Assembly: GCF_947568905.1 (NCBI RefSeq)
Contig: NC_079172.1
Span: forward strand, 45,818,001 to 45,882,000
From: Ostrea edulis
Lineage: Eukaryota
Direction of reading: 5' to 3'
Length of the DNA stretch: 64,000 nt
In this document: positions 63,007-64,000 of the stretch, in pieces
Layout: every line of letters starts with the position of its first letter
Numbering within the stretch: position 1 is the stretch's first letter
Notes under the pieces: generated by a model
Databases searched by the model: none
Told to the model about the DNA's origin: nothing
The model's input: only the letters and a program-made list of their open reading frames with translations
Position numbers and translations under genes: made by a program

Positions 63007-63144
63007 AGTGTGGGCCTGGAACATACGGAGAAAACTGCAGTATCAATTGCCCTGAGGGATGGTATGGACTGTTTTGTAAAGAGAAATGCAGATGTTTTCC
63101 TTGTAACTATGTCAATGGATGCTCCTCGGATACCAATCTGCGTG
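63007..63144 (+). CDS. EGF-repeat gene, exon 3: laminin/MEGF-type EGF-like repeats
   Basis: Acceptor ttttgcag and donor GTAAGA; 138 nt, phase 1-1; (E)CGPGTYGENCSINCPEGWYGLFCKEKCRCFPCNYVNGCSSDTNLR, with C.PG.YG.NC and C..GWYG..C...C.C motifs. Confidence 0.85.
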
Positions 63145-64000
63145 GTAAGACCTTAATCAGATTAAAGGCATTACAAAGATATGCGTATATGTTTGGTACT
63201 CACTCAATACAAGAAAGCCAACTGATACCAGAGATTCGCGCCTGATATTTGGAGTAATTAAAAAATTTTGGGAGGTATTTTTGATTTCTACACTGAAGGA
63301 GAATTAGGAAATGAAGAAGAAAAACTGGGGTCGCAACGCTTGTTATTGAGCTACAGTGCTCTAAACTGTAACATGACGTTTTTGCACTTTAAATTTATTC
63401 AATTAAACTTGATTTGCCTGTTGGTGTCAACACAACATTAACAACACAAATCAATCATTACATAAAACAGATGCATAATCGTCTTCTAACAATACAGTAA
63501 AAAAGTTTAATACTAGTAATGGAAATAAATAATGACCTTTTTGCACTTGATATACGTGTACAAAAAAACAACCCAACATGATATCAAATTTGAGAGTTTA
63601 AAAGGACATATTGGGAGTAATTAAATTCTAAAATTTCACATAATTTTCAAGATCTTGTCTTAAAGGCATTGGGTCTATCTTTTATCTAAAAAATGACATC
63701 ACAATATTTTGCAAGAAGAACTACAAAAAAAAACAACAAAAAACAAATTTGTAGTTTTAATTATGAGTTATCTATACCTGCAACGTTTTGAAATTAAAGT
63801 CATTTTGACGTTTTAGCCCTTTATAATTTTTTGTCTGGAGGACAATATATTAAACTGATACCCCGCTGATTGGTGGTTACAGATGCGAAGTCAACAGGGT
63901 ACCAGTTTAGACAAATGAGAACAGGGAATTATTTTGTAATTACTATCGTATCCAATGTGTTTGTAAACATTCTGAAGAACTTTTTGTGATTTTCTAATTA

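Noticed and set aside
63883-63990. Possible fourth exon of the EGF-repeat gene (ttacag|ATGCGAAG...)
   Set aside because: Weak polypyrimidine tract, no clear donor and no convincing transmembrane segment before the stop.
1-64000. Prokaryotic systems (CRISPR arrays, operons, defence islands)
   Set aside because: The sequence has spliceosomal introns, microsatellites and metazoan TEs. The ~166-bp arrays are tandem satellite units without unique spacers.

Overview
AT-rich eukaryotic (animal) genomic DNA. The repeat families suggest a bivalve, probably an oyster; this is inference, not a database result. Two spliced host genes are supported by splice signals and reading-frame phase. (1) The 5' part of an FGFRL1-like gene on the minus strand: a signal-peptide exon (CDS 20946-21000), a 12.5-kb intron and an Ig1 exon (8147-8422); the remaining exons probably lie left of the window. 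(2) The first three exons of a secreted or membrane EGF-repeat (MEGF10/11, draper or SCARF-like) gene on the plus strand at 62641-63144. The ~40 kb between them is a mosaic of mobile elements: a full-length but decayed mariner, two RTE-clade LINE fragments, two Penelope-like RT fragments, Helentron-type non-autonomous elements (two carrying ~166-bp satellite units), several MITEs, and about ten SINE copies or fragments with a shared central body. The most interesting observations are: a SINE subfamily with a structured non-tRNA head that starts at the same 5' boundary in three copies; a possible pseudoknot at the start of the shared SINE body; a TTAA-flanked DNA element carrying a tRNA-like Pol III promoter, itself hit by a 28-bp microsatellite insertion with an 18-bp duplication; a triple-nested Penelope-like/SINE/RTE insertion; and a young 88-bp inverted-repeat element. 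Most ORFs in the supplied track are spurious or TE fragments. I cannot demonstrate a new multi-gene system from sequence alone.
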